Origin: an uncultured Verrucomicrobiae bacterium
Lineage (GTDB): Bacteria; Verrucomicrobiota; Verrucomicrobiia; Chthoniobacterales; JAFAMB01
Direction of reading: 5' to 3'
Assembly (NCBI GenBank): GCA_963837955.1
Contig: CAWIPH010000002.1
Span: 2,996,487 to 3,060,486 of the forward strand
DNA: 64,000 bases
The translations under genes were made by a program, and so were the position numbers. The notes below the pieces were generated by a model. It was not told where the DNA came from, did no database searches, and was given only the letters and a program-made list of their open reading frames with translations. Numbering within the stretch: position 1 is the first letter of the stretch; each line of letters begins with the position of its first letter. Positions 1 through 8,586 of the stretch are shown piece by piece.

Positions 1-3000
1 ACCCAACCTTTCGGGAAACGGTTCGGCGGGTGCGTGATACCGCGTTGGGTGCTCATCAGCATCAGGATGTTCCCTTCGAGATGTTGGTGAAAGAGTTGGC
101 GACTGAACGAAATCCTGGCCGAAACCCGCTCTTCCAGACCATGTTTGTCATGGTCAACGCTCGGCCCAAGACTTACTCCTCACGAGATCTGACGATCGTT
201 CCGATCGAGCTCGAAGAACAGACAGCCAGGTTCGACTTGACGCTGTACTTGTTCAGCAGCGCCGAAGAAATCCGTGGCTCGCTAATCTATAGCGTCGATC
301 TTTTTGACCCCGCGACTATTCGACGGATGGCTAAGCATTTCTGTGCGCTTGTCTCCGGCATTGTCGCAAATCCGGACGCTCGAATATCCGAACTCCCCCT
401 GCTGACCCAAGAGGAACGCGAGCAGATCTTGGTCGAGTGGAACCGAACTCAGACTGAGTTTCCTTCCGGCGCCAGCATCGACCAACTCTTTGAGGAGCAA
501 GCCGGCAAGACACCGAACGCGATTGCCATCGAGTCCGGAGACACCCAATGGAGCTACGAGGATCTGAATCAGCGAGCGAACCAACTTGCTCAGATTCTTC
601 GTCAAACAGGTATTGGCGCTGAAACGTTTGTTGGCCTGTTCCTGGACCGCTCGCCGGAGCTATTCGCAGGAATGTTGGCGATTTTGAAGGTTGGTGGAGC
701 CTACGTGCCAATCGATCCCGGCTATCCGGCAGAGCGGCGTACAGTCATGCTTGAGCAAGTGACAATCGTCATTACGGCGAAACGCTATTCCAGCTCCGTT
801 TCTGCTGGTTCAGCTCGAGTGATCTACATCGAGGATATAGCCGTTACATCTGCCTCGATTTCGGCTCCCCCAATCGAGACTCCTTCGCCTCCGTCGCAGG
901 GCAACAGCATTGCTTACGTTATCTACACCTCCGGTTCGACGGGAAAACCTAAGGGTGTGATGGTTCCTCACCGGGGAGTCGTTCGGCTATTTCGCGGATC
1001 CAACTTCCTCAGCATCCGAGCGTCTGATGTGATCGCTCAAACACTCAACCCCTGCTTTGATGCATCGGTACAGGAGATATGGGGAGCGCTTCTCCACGGT
1101 GCCCGGTTGGTGATCCTGGATAACGAGGTTCTTTTATCTCCGCCGAGATTCAAACAGGCTTTACAAGACTACAACATCACGGCGTGGATGACTACCACAG
1201 CGCTGTTTAACTTGATGGCCAACGAGGTTCCTGAAGCGTTCGCAAAGCTCAATTACGTCGTGTTTGGCGGGGAAGCAGCCGACCCTCAGAGCGTTTCGCG
1301 GGTTCTGCGATGCGGAGCCCCGGCGCATCTCTTCAACGCTTATGGGCCTACCGAGGCATCGGTCGTTACGACATGTTTGGATATCAAACACTTGGAAGAG
1401 GACGCCATTTCCGTTTCCATTGGACGACCGATTTCTAATACTACAATTTATCTGCTCGATCGGTTTAAGGCTCCGGTTCCGATCGGAGTTGTTGGAGAGC
1501 TCTACATCGGGGGTCCCGGAGTGGCACGTGGGTACGTTAAGGCACCTGAACTGACGGCCGAACGTTTTGTTGCAGATCCATTTTCGAACGAGTCCGGCGT
1601 GCGCCTCTATCGTACCGGAGATCTGGCTCGTTGGCTGCCGGATGGAACGATCGAATTCATTGGCCGCACCGATCATCAAGTCAAAATCCGCGGGTTTCGC
1701 ATCGAGCTCGGCGAGATTGAAGCGGTTTTGAATCAGCATCCCGCGGTCAAACACGCAGCCGTGCAGCTCAGGGAACGTAATGGCGAAAAGCGCCTCTTGG
1801 CTTATGCAGCGGGTGACTTATCTCAACTGAACGAAGAATCACTTCGCGATTTTCTCAAACAGAAGCTGCCGGACTATATGGTGCCTTCTGCGATCGTCAC
1901 CCTCGAAAAACTGCCGGTGGATTCAAATGGGAAAATCGACCGGCGCAACTTACCGGAACCTTTGAGAGCGGATCAGGGAAGGGTGGCCGTTGCACCGCGA
2001 GACGCTCTCGAGGCCCACCTGGTCGGAATCTGGGAGAAAATACTCGAATCATCTGCTATTGGTGTTACCGACAATTTCTTCCAACTTGGTGGACATTCGC
2101 TTCTCGCTGTTCGCATTTTTTCCGAGATCGAGAGAACCCTCGCAAGGAAGCTCCCTCTGTCGACGCTGTTTAAGGCTCCAACGGTGGAAGCGCTGGCCGA
2201 TGTCTTGCGCCGACAAGAGCGGGAGAAAGAGTGCTCCGCGCTGGTGGCCATCCAACCGCTCGGTGCGCGGCCGCCTTTTTTCAACGTGCACGACGGCTAC
2301 GGTTCGGCGATCTATTACGGCCTCCTGGCCGGTTGCCTTGGATCCGAACAGCCGTTCTATGGTTTCTTGGCCCGGAACAAAGACGGAGGCGTTCTCCGAC
2401 AGACCTCAATCGAAACAATTGCCAAGTACTACATCGACGAGATACTTCAGGTGCAGCCGGTCGGCCCATATTACCTGGGTGGGTTCTGTCTGGGCGGTGT
2501 GATCGCTTTCGAGATGGCTCAGCAACTCTATGCCGTCGGGGAAGAAGTCGCTTTGTTGGCGTTGTTTGACACCAACAATCCGGCAACGCCGCGACGCCGA
2601 CACACATTGGTGGAGCGGTTGCGTCGCCATGCTGTCCTCACGAAGAACACCTCCCTCCGCCAAAAAATGGGCACGACGGCCAGCCGGGTCAAGCGCCACG
2701 CAAATAAGTGGCGGGAGCGCATCCTCAATCGTGCTTCCAGTGAAAGGCCGGCGCCAAATGAGATTTTCGGACGCGAAATCGAAGCGATCCTCAATCGTGC
2801 GCAACAGGCCTACACGCCTCAGTGCTATCCCGGGAAGCTCACCCTCATCCTACCGGAGAACGACCTCGAAGGATACGAGCTTCGGCCGGATCGAGGCTGG
2901 ACCGAACTCGCGGAGGGTGGGATTGAAATTCACTATATACCCGGCGGCCATGGCTCAATGTTCAAGCAGCCGAGTGTCGGGTATTTAGCCGACGTAGTCC

Positions 3001-3059
3001 AAACATGCCTTAGGGCGGCGTCGGAGCAGAGCATGGTCCCGCAGCGCGCCGCCAGATGA
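1..3059 (+). CDS. Non-ribosomal peptide synthetase, terminal module (C-domain tail, A, T/PCP, TE); 5' end cut by the window edge
   Basis: The frame of ORF 30..3059 stays open to position 1. The first ~125 aa look like the end of a condensation domain. Adenylation core motifs are present: SIAYVIYTSGSTGKPKGV, NAYGPTE, GELYIGGPGVARGY, YRTGDLARW, NGKIDRRNL. The carrier motif is FFQLGGHSLLAV. The C-terminal alpha/beta-hydrolase thioesterase has the elbow GGFCLGG, then LFDTNNP and GGHGSMF. Confidence 0.9.
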   Translation, partial: PTFRETVRRVRDTALGAHQHQDVPFEMLVKELATERNPGRNPLFQTMFVMVNARPKTYSSRDLTIVPIELEEQTARFDLTLYLFSSAEEIRGSLIYSVDLFDPATIRRMAKHFCALVSGIVANPDARISELPLLTQEEREQILVEWNRTQTEFPSGASIDQLFEEQAGKTPNAIAIESGDTQWSYEDLNQRANQLAQILRQTGIGAETFVGLFLDRSPELFAGMLAILKVGGAYVPIDPGYPAERRTVMLEQVTIVITAKRYSSSVSAGSARVIYIEDIAVTSASISAPPIETPSPPSQGNSIAYVIYTSGSTGKPKGVMVPHRGVVRLFRGSNFLSIRASDVIAQTLNPCFDASVQEIWGALLHGARLVILDNEVLLSPPRFKQALQDYNITAWMTTTALFNLMANEVPEAFAKLNYVVFGGEAADPQSVSRVLRCGAPAHLFNAYGPTEASVVTTCLDIKHLEEDAISVSIGRPISNTTIYLLDRFKAPVPIGVVGELYIGGPGVARGYVKAPELTAERFVADPFSNESGVRLYRTGDLARWLPDGTIEFIGRTDHQVKIRGFRIELGEIEAVLNQHPAVKHAAVQLRERNGEKRLLAYAAGDLSQLNEESLRDFLKQKLPDYMVPSAIVTLEKLPVDSNGKIDRRNLPEPLRADQGRVAVAPRDALEAHLVGIWEKILESSAIGVTDNFFQLGGHSLLAVRIFSEIERTLARKLPLSTLFKAPTVEALADVLRRQEREKECSALVAIQPLGARPPFFNVHDGYGSAIYYGLLAGCLGSEQPFYGFLARNKDGGVLRQTSIETIAKYYIDEILQVQPVGPYYLGGFCLGGVIAFEMAQQLYAVGEEVALLALFDTNNPATPRRRHTLVERLRRHAVLTKNTSLRQKMGTTASRVKRHANKWRERILNRASSERPAPNEIFGREIEAILNRAQQAYTPQCYPGKLTLILPENDLEGYELRPDRGWTELAEGGIEIHYIPGGHGSMFKQPSVGYLADVVQTCLRAASEQSMVPQRAAR

Positions 3060-4003
3060 AAGTTACCATTGGCGTTCCAGTTCGAAACTGCCAGGCCTGG
3101 ATTCGAGAATCCATCCAATCTGCTCTGAGCCAGACCTGGCCAGAGAAAGAGATCCTGGTTGTCGACGACGGTTCCACCGACGATACGCCACGGCTCTGTC
3201 AGAATTTTGGCCACCAAATTCGTTATTTCTCCCAAGGGAAATTGGGAGTCAGCGCTGCGCGGAATCGCATTTTGCGCGAAGCAAGAGGGGATTGGATTCA
3301 ATACCTCGACGCGGACGATTACCTCCTGCCAGGAAAACTGGAAGCGCAATTAGGCTCGACAGACAGTCTCACCGAGGTCGACGTGATTTTCGGTTCGTTT
3401 CTGATCGAGACTTTGCAGGATGGCAACGCGGTTATCCGCCGTTCCTACGCTATTAGCAAATCAAGCAATCTACTGGAACTCTGGATGGTTCAAAAACTTC
3501 CCCAGATCGCCGGGTGCCTTTGGAAGAAGACCGCACTTCTACGGATCGGCGGATGGGACGAGTCCCTCCAGACCGGCGAAGACTATGAACTCTATCTCCG
3601 AGTTCTCCAGGCCAACCTGCGGCTTCATATTGTTGAGAATCCCTTGGCGGTGTGGCGCTGGTGGTCTGTCGGAACATTGGGCCGAGAATACCGCAATCAA
3701 ATGTGCCTGGTTTACGTCGATTTAATGAAACGATGTGAGACTTGGTTGAAGTCACAAGGTCGCTGGACCGATACCTTGCAGGATCTGGCCGAACGAAAGC
3801 GTTTTTTTTTCGCTCGGGAGATTGCGAAAACTGATATCGAACTGGCCGCCCACTACTACCAAGAGCAGAAGGCGATAGGTTCGATCGGAATCGACCGCTC
3901 GATTGCTCCTTGGAAGTATGAAATCATGTTGCGGTTCTTAGGATTCAAGCGCGCCGAGCAAATCGCTCGGATGCTGCGTCCCGCCGAAGTGAACCCGACC
4001 TGA
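3056..4003 (+). CDS. Family 2 (GT-A) glycosyltransferase, translationally coupled to the NRPS
   Basis: The ATG overlaps the NRPS TGA (ATGA, 3056-3059). The N-terminus VTIGVPVRNCQAW...VVDDGSTDDT and the DxD-like LDADDY are typical of GT2. It is a paralogue of ORF 17363..18286. Confidence 0.85.
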   Translation: MKVTIGVPVRNCQAWIRESIQSALSQTWPEKEILVVDDGSTDDTPRLCQNFGHQIRYFSQGKLGVSAARNRILREARGDWIQYLDADDYLLPGKLEAQLGSTDSLTEVDVIFGSFLIETLQDGNAVIRRSYAISKSSNLLELWMVQKLPQIAGCLWKKTALLRIGGWDESLQTGEDYELYLRVLQANLRLHIVENPLAVWRWWSVGTLGREYRNQMCLVYVDLMKRCETWLKSQGRWTDTLQDLAERKRFFFAREIAKTDIELAAHYYQEQKAIGSIGIDRSIAPWKYEIMLRFLGFKRAEQIARMLRPAEVNPT

Positions 4004-4138
4004 CTCCTATCAGCTACGCTCCCCCTTCGCGATGGCCGGCAAGAGTCAGCTCGCCGGCAGAAGCCTCAGCGGCCACAAAAATCTTCGCATTAAAGAGAAG
4101 GCCCTGGAAATGCGCTTGCTTAGGATCAAGTTACTCGC

Positions 4139-4459
4139 GTGCGATCGAGTTTCCGGCGCGCCTGGACCGGCTACCGCCGCTTGCGTTTCTTTGCTATCGG
4201 GCTTTTTGCGGCCTTTATGCTGGAGCTGCGTTATCTGCAGTTTCTTCCTGGGCTTGTGTTTGCATTGACTTTTGTGGCCTACTATTTTTCTGCAACGTGC
4301 TTAGCCAACTGGAAGTGTCCGCGGTGTCGCCAGCCCTTTTTCCGTGGTTCTTTCGTTCGCAGCTTTTTTGGCGGCAAATGTTTCCATTGCGACCTTCCAA
4401 AATGGAGTGATACGGAAACGGGTAAAGCGCCGATACCGCGAAAACTCCGGTTGCCCTGA
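4139..4459 (+). CDS. Small membrane protein with a C-terminal CxxC...CxxC zinc-ribbon-like motif (hypothetical)
   Basis: GTG start, two hydrophobic segments, then WKCPRCRQ...GGKCFHCDLP. It competes with the overlapping ORF 4032..4268. No family was recognised. Confidence 0.35.
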   Translation: MRSSFRRAWTGYRRLRFFAIGLFAAFMLELRYLQFLPGLVFALTFVAYYFSATCLANWKCPRCRQPFFRGSFVRSFFGGKCFHCDLPKWSDTETGKAPIPRKLRLP

Positions 4460-4501
4460 TCCGGTACGCTACCGTCTTGCCATGGGCGGGCGAAATCGGC
4501 T

Positions 4502-6565
4502 TCAGGCCGGCAGAGCTGGCGCCCGCCCACCGTAGCCCCGAAACGGGCGGTTTTCTAGTAAGTTGTAATCCGCGTAGAAACGGCGACCACTCAGATGTTT
4601 TGGTACGGCATTGACTACCAAGCCCGAGACGCGAATTTCCCGAAACTTCAGTTCCTCTAGCGCCATGGTTGCATCATTTGGGCGGCTGAGGCCGAGTCGA
4701 ACAACAAATAACGTAGCGTCGGCGTACGCGGCCAGGGCTACGCCGTCGGTCGTCGCGAGTACCGGCGGAGTATCGATTAGAATATAATCAAACTGCGCAT
4801 TAAGCTCTTGGCGTAATTCAGCTAAATCAAAGCTAAGCAAATGCTCAGTGATGTTCTGAATCCGCTGGCCGCATGGCATCAAATAGAGATGCGGCATTCG
4901 AGTCTCGCACAGGGTCTCCTGCAAGCCTTTCTGTCGCGTTAGGAGATCCGAAAGACCGGCCCCGTTTTCGACGCTAAGCAACTGATGGAGCCGGCCTCTC
5001 CGCATGTCGCCATCGATGAGTAGGGTACGCGCATTTGTGGCCGCTAAGGCTATCGCCAAATTTGTTGCCACCAAAGATTTACCTTCCCGCGGAACGGCGC
5101 TGGTCACGGCCACGCACTGCATAGCTAAGAATTCTTGCGGTCGCCGAAGAACGCTGGAGCGCAGATGACGAAACGATTCCGCAATTCCGACGTGCTCGGG
5201 CGTACAATCAAGCACAGTCTTCTGTTTGGTGATCCATGGATCGCGTAAGATCTTACCCACGATGGGGAGATGCAAAGCACGAAGGACTCCCTCAATCGTC
5301 ATGAAGCGCGGTACTAACCGGGAATACAAAGCGATTCCAGCCAGAGCCAGGACAAGCCCAAGAGCTCCAAACTGCACGTAACTTAGAAACCGCGACTTTA
5401 TCACCTCAGTCCCATCCGAGGCGCTCTCCAAAATTGCGATCGGCTCTTGTTCCAGTTGTTTGCCGACATCGATACTCTGAAGCTGACTCACCAGTTTGTT
5501 AGAGGTCTCCCGGCTGCTATCTACCTTCGATTTCAGATTCTGGTATTTGTTCAGATTGTCGTTCAGATCGATTAGGTGAGCCTGTTTCTGTTGAACTTCT
5601 TTTTCCAGGCCTTCCGTTTCGCGATCGATGGCACTGATTTGATCGCTTCGGTGATCTTTCTGTTGTGAACGAAGAACCGTGAGTAGGTTTTTGTCTCCGG
5701 CTATCTTTAGGTCCAGTTGCTTGATCTTCGGATGTTCCGGTTTCAAGTTCTTGAGGAGGCGTTCGCGCTCAGATTCTTGCAACGCCAAGTCTTGTTGGGT
5801 CGTTAGCACCCGATCTTGGGCTCCGTCAACTTGGGTACTTCCGCTGGAAATAGAACCATCCAAGGGAATCGCGGCGGCCGCGGCCGACGCGTCGACCCCA
5901 CTACCGGTGACAGCTACCGACCTCTCGAGTCGCAGATCCGCGATTCGCTTATGCAGTGTGTTCAGGTACGCGGTGGTTGCCGTGACATCTTCGGTTAGAG
6001 AAATGACGCTGAATTGGCGTTGGAATTCGTTCAGGCTTTGCGTTCCCCGATCCAGTTCCTGCTGCACGCTCACGATCTCTTGGGCCGCCGCCGAGGAAGC
6101 AGCCTCCGTGCGTTGGAGGCGCATGTCGCGACGGACGGCAAAGAAAGCTTGCATGCTCGCTTCCAGCAGCGCTTGCGTATAAACGGGATCAGTGCCGGTT
6201 GCGCTCAACACGAAGATGGCCGTTCGCGGTATGAAGCTGACCCGAAGGTCGACCCTGGATTTCGGTGGTATAAGCCCGCGATCAGCTACAATTTTTCGAG
6301 CGCGCACTGCCACCGCATCGCCCTGAATGATGGCCGCCTGCGTTCCCAGAAAGTCCTCTCCGTTCTCCGTGTAAACGGCCCCTGTATCCAAATTGATCTT
6401 CCCAGCAATCACCATTTTCGCCTCGCTGACATACAGTGGCGCTTCGTGCGACCTTAACCATCCTGCGGCTAACAGTCCCCCGAAAATCAAGATGACTGGA
6501 AACCACCATAAGCGCCGAACCTCGGCGTAAAACGTTCCAAAATCGAAGGAATTCATAACTTGCAC
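4502..6565 (-). CDS. Polysaccharide co-polymerase / BY-type tyrosine autokinase (Wzc/EpsG-like chain-length determinant)
   Basis: It has an N-terminal TM segment, a long coiled-coil periplasmic region and a second TM segment. The cytoplasmic P-loop domain shows Walker A SAVPREGKSLVATNLA, A' LLIDGDMRRG and B YILIDTPPV. The C-terminal tail contains tyrosines (FYADYNLL..RGYGG). Confidence 0.85.
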   Translation of the reverse strand: MQVMNSFDFGTFYAEVRRLWWFPVILIFGGLLAAGWLRSHEAPLYVSEAKMVIAGKINLDTGAVYTENGEDFLGTQAAIIQGDAVAVRARKIVADRGLIPPKSRVDLRVSFIPRTAIFVLSATGTDPVYTQALLEASMQAFFAVRRDMRLQRTEAASSAAAQEIVSVQQELDRGTQSLNEFQRQFSVISLTEDVTATTAYLNTLHKRIADLRLERSVAVTGSGVDASAAAAAIPLDGSISSGSTQVDGAQDRVLTTQQDLALQESERERLLKNLKPEHPKIKQLDLKIAGDKNLLTVLRSQQKDHRSDQISAIDRETEGLEKEVQQKQAHLIDLNDNLNKYQNLKSKVDSSRETSNKLVSQLQSIDVGKQLEQEPIAILESASDGTEVIKSRFLSYVQFGALGLVLALAGIALYSRLVPRFMTIEGVLRALHLPIVGKILRDPWITKQKTVLDCTPEHVGIAESFRHLRSSVLRRPQEFLAMQCVAVTSAVPREGKSLVATNLAIALAATNARTLLIDGDMRRGRLHQLLSVENGAGLSDLLTRQKGLQETLCETRMPHLYLMPCGQRIQNITEHLLSFDLAELRQELNAQFDYILIDTPPVLATTDGVALAAYADATLFVVRLGLSRPNDATMALEELKFREIRVSGLVVNAVPKHLSGRRFYADYNLLENRPFRGYGGRAPALPA

Positions 6566-7197
6566 TACCAGTTGAAAAATCTTGCCGGCACCACGATCAC
6601 GTCGCCCGGTTTGAGCGCGACATCTAGGTCGGCTCTTCCTTGGGTCACGATCGCTGCAACATCGATCACCTTGATCTCAGTTTTGGGGGCAGACGCGCGT
6701 ACCAGTTTTACTTTCCGCTTATTCGCGAAATCCGAAAATCCGCCTGACTCCAGAATTGCCTGGGCCAGGGTCAAAGACTCATTCGCTCGCAACTCGAGCG
6801 GCCCAGGTCGAGCGATCTCACCGGTCAAGTAGATCCGTCCGGGTGAACGAACAGTCCGTCTCTCCACGGAAATCATTACCGTCGCCTTCTTGTATAGATT
6901 GCTCTCCAGCGCCCGCTTAATCTGATAGGCCAGGTCACGCGGAGTTCGGTTCATAGCCATCACACTGCCGACGTAAGGGACTTGTACCTGACCAGAATCG
7001 CTAACGGTCAACAAAGTCGCCGGATCCTCATCCTCCAAAATGCGGAACGTGAGTTGATCTCCAATTTGAATAGAGGTCTGATTGTCTAGCTGATCGATCG
7101 AAGTAAGCGGCCCGCTCGTCGTTTGGCCCTCGCCGAGCAGCGGAATTGAGGAAATCAACGTCAGGAGAAATAAAGTTAATGATCGGTTAAAACGCAT
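6565..7197 (-). CDS. Polysaccharide export protein (Wza-like, Poly_export + SLBB)
   Basis: The internal ATG at 7197 gives the signal-peptide-like start MRFNRSLTLFLLTLISSIPLLG. The motif IGDQLTFRILEDED...VQVPYVGSVMAMNRTPRDLAYQIKRAL is typical of Wza-type exporters. The long ORF start at 7344 would overlap the upstream gene by 158 nt. Confidence 0.8.
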   Translation of the reverse strand: MRFNRSLTLFLLTLISSIPLLGEGQTTSGPLTSIDQLDNQTSIQIGDQLTFRILEDEDPATLLTVSDSGQVQVPYVGSVMAMNRTPRDLAYQIKRALESNLYKKATVMISVERRTVRSPGRIYLTGEIARPGPLELRANESLTLAQAILESGGFSDFANKRKVKLVRASAPKTEIKVIDVAAIVTQGRADLDVALKPGDVIVVPARFFNW

Positions 7198-8500
7198 AAA
7201 ATACTCCAAGAGATATTTCGTTTTGGGAGTAGCTGCCTCCCCCGCCGGTCGTTGAGCCGGCGCCTTCTCGCCCAACGTACCTGTAGGATAAAGTGGCGTA
7301 GACACGTTTATATATCGGAACGTCAGCGCTGATCTGCCCGCCATATTGGGTGAAATTGCCGGGAGTCATACCAGAGACCACATGGCCCACATTCAGAAAC
7401 AAGGTCCCCGCAACTCTAGCGCTGCGACTGAGCCTGTATTCAACGCCACCGATTACGCTAGTGACTTCGTCCAGTTCCAATCCGCTAGAGTATTGCAAAT
7501 CGTGGGAGACACTGGCGATTAACTGCACGTCACGGTTTATTTGATGTCTTAGGAGAGCGGCCAGGTAATAACCCGGTGAAGGCAGGTTCCCGCTTTCGGG
7601 GAGGGTCAGCCCGGCAGAGAGATCCAATTCGATGAGCCGGGTTAGGTGACCCCGGAGGAACGGACCGAAGCTGATGGTATTCACATCCGACAAAATAGCT
7701 CCCCAACTGTGATTCAGAAAAACGTCCGCGCCGTATTGAATGCTTGGGTTCCAAAAAAAGGTCGCAGCCCCGGAAAGGCGGAACGTATTCCGGGTCTGAC
7801 TTACTCCCGTGTTAGACGACGATCCCGTGTTAGACGACGATCCCGCGTTAGACGACGAAAGAGCTTCGCTATAAGTATAGTCAGCGCCACCGGAAAGTTC
7901 GGCCGAAAATACTGGAACGCTGCAAATAACGCCGACCGTATTGGTAAGCCGGTTTAAGTTGGTCTGATTCGTTACCGTCGGATCAGACGCCGAGTCCTGG
8001 GCGATCGAAAATTGTTCGAATGCCTGGACTTTAACGTCGCCAATCAGCGCTTGGAGACGAAGCTCGGTACCCGGCGAGATTTCGACTTCTACATTGGTGC
8101 GGCCATTAGAATAGAAGTCCTCGTCGAGTTTTATCCCACCTTGTAAATCGACCCGGTTCAACGGAGTGATCAGCCACGCCAGCGATAAGCCTAGTGATTC
8201 AAAAATCTGGTTTCGGGTCAGTTTGGTCGCTGTCGGAAGACTGCCGGAAATGTTAGCATCATCGTTGTAGTCGTATCCGACGCCCAACGTGGCCAGTCCA
8301 TGAAAAGGGCCAAAATTTATCAGGTTGGTTTCGCTGGGCGGTCGAAACGTCCGCAATCCGGAAAGTTCAACCGTCCGAATCGATTCCTGGGCTGACACTA
8401 CCAAAGTTGTCGTCATGACCAGTGTGAGAGCGAAAACGATTCGTTGTGTGGCCAGATAACGCCCATGGGAAAATAGAATGGCTTGCAGACGAGTAGGCAT
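7187..8500 (-). CDS. Outer-membrane beta-barrel protein associated with the polysaccharide export locus
   Basis: It has an N-terminal signal-like segment and alternating amphipathic strands throughout. The C-terminus ...ISLGVFYAF ends in an aromatic residue, the usual OMP signature. It sits between the sugar transferase and the Wza-like gene. Confidence 0.6.
   Translation of the reverse strand: MPTRLQAILFSHGRYLATQRIVFALTLVMTTTLVVSAQESIRTVELSGLRTFRPPSETNLINFGPFHGLATLGVGYDYNDDANISGSLPTATKLTRNQIFESLGLSLAWLITPLNRVDLQGGIKLDEDFYSNGRTNVEVEISPGTELRLQALIGDVKVQAFEQFSIAQDSASDPTVTNQTNLNRLTNTVGVICSVPVFSAELSGGADYTYSEALSSSNAGSSSNTGSSSNTGVSQTRNTFRLSGAATFFWNPSIQYGADVFLNHSWGAILSDVNTISFGPFLRGHLTRLIELDLSAGLTLPESGNLPSPGYYLAALLRHQINRDVQLIASVSHDLQYSSGLELDEVTSVIGGVEYRLSRSARVAGTLFLNVGHVVSGMTPGNFTQYGGQISADVPIYKRVYATLSYRYVGREGAGSTTGGGGSYSQNEISLGVFYAF
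7806..7859. repeat. 18-nt tandem repeat x3 (cccgtgttagacgacgat) inside the OMP gene
   Basis: Units lie at 7806-7823, 7824-7841 and 7842-7859; the third unit has 2 mismatches. The repeat is in frame and encodes SSSN(A/T)G hexapeptide repeats (NAGSSSNTGSSSNTGVS). Confidence 0.9.
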
Positions 8501-8586
8501 GGAACGGCATCTAAACTGTATTCGATCTTATACAGACAGCTCCGCGACTCCTTCGTCCGAACCAACGCTCCAGGTTGACACTTCAC

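Noticed and set aside
1030-1400. Attempt to read the Stachelhaus specificity codes of the two A domains (FDASVQE in the NRPS, FDISVLE in the A-T loader)
   Set aside because: Only the first three pocket positions can be placed confidently by eye (D-A-Q and D-I-L). The remaining positions need a proper structure-guided alignment, so no substrate call is made.
1161-2804. Antisense and out-of-frame ORFs of 60-214 aa inside large genes. Examples are 1161..1754, 2406..2804, 5679..6182, 6014..6457, 16741..17181, 19723..20235, 58203..58847 and many inside the PKS.
   Set aside because: They lie entirely within strongly supported coding regions on the other strand or frame. They are rich in Arg/Ser/Pro/Gly as expected for shadow frames, and they carry no motifs.
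4484-4528. GC-rich inverted repeat gggcgggcg-N27-cgcccgccc at the convergent junction of the plus- and minus-strand operons; considered as a bidirectional terminator
   Set aside because: The loop is long (27 nt) and there is no U-tract on either side. The 3' arm lies inside the Wzc-like coding sequence. This is not enough for a terminator call.
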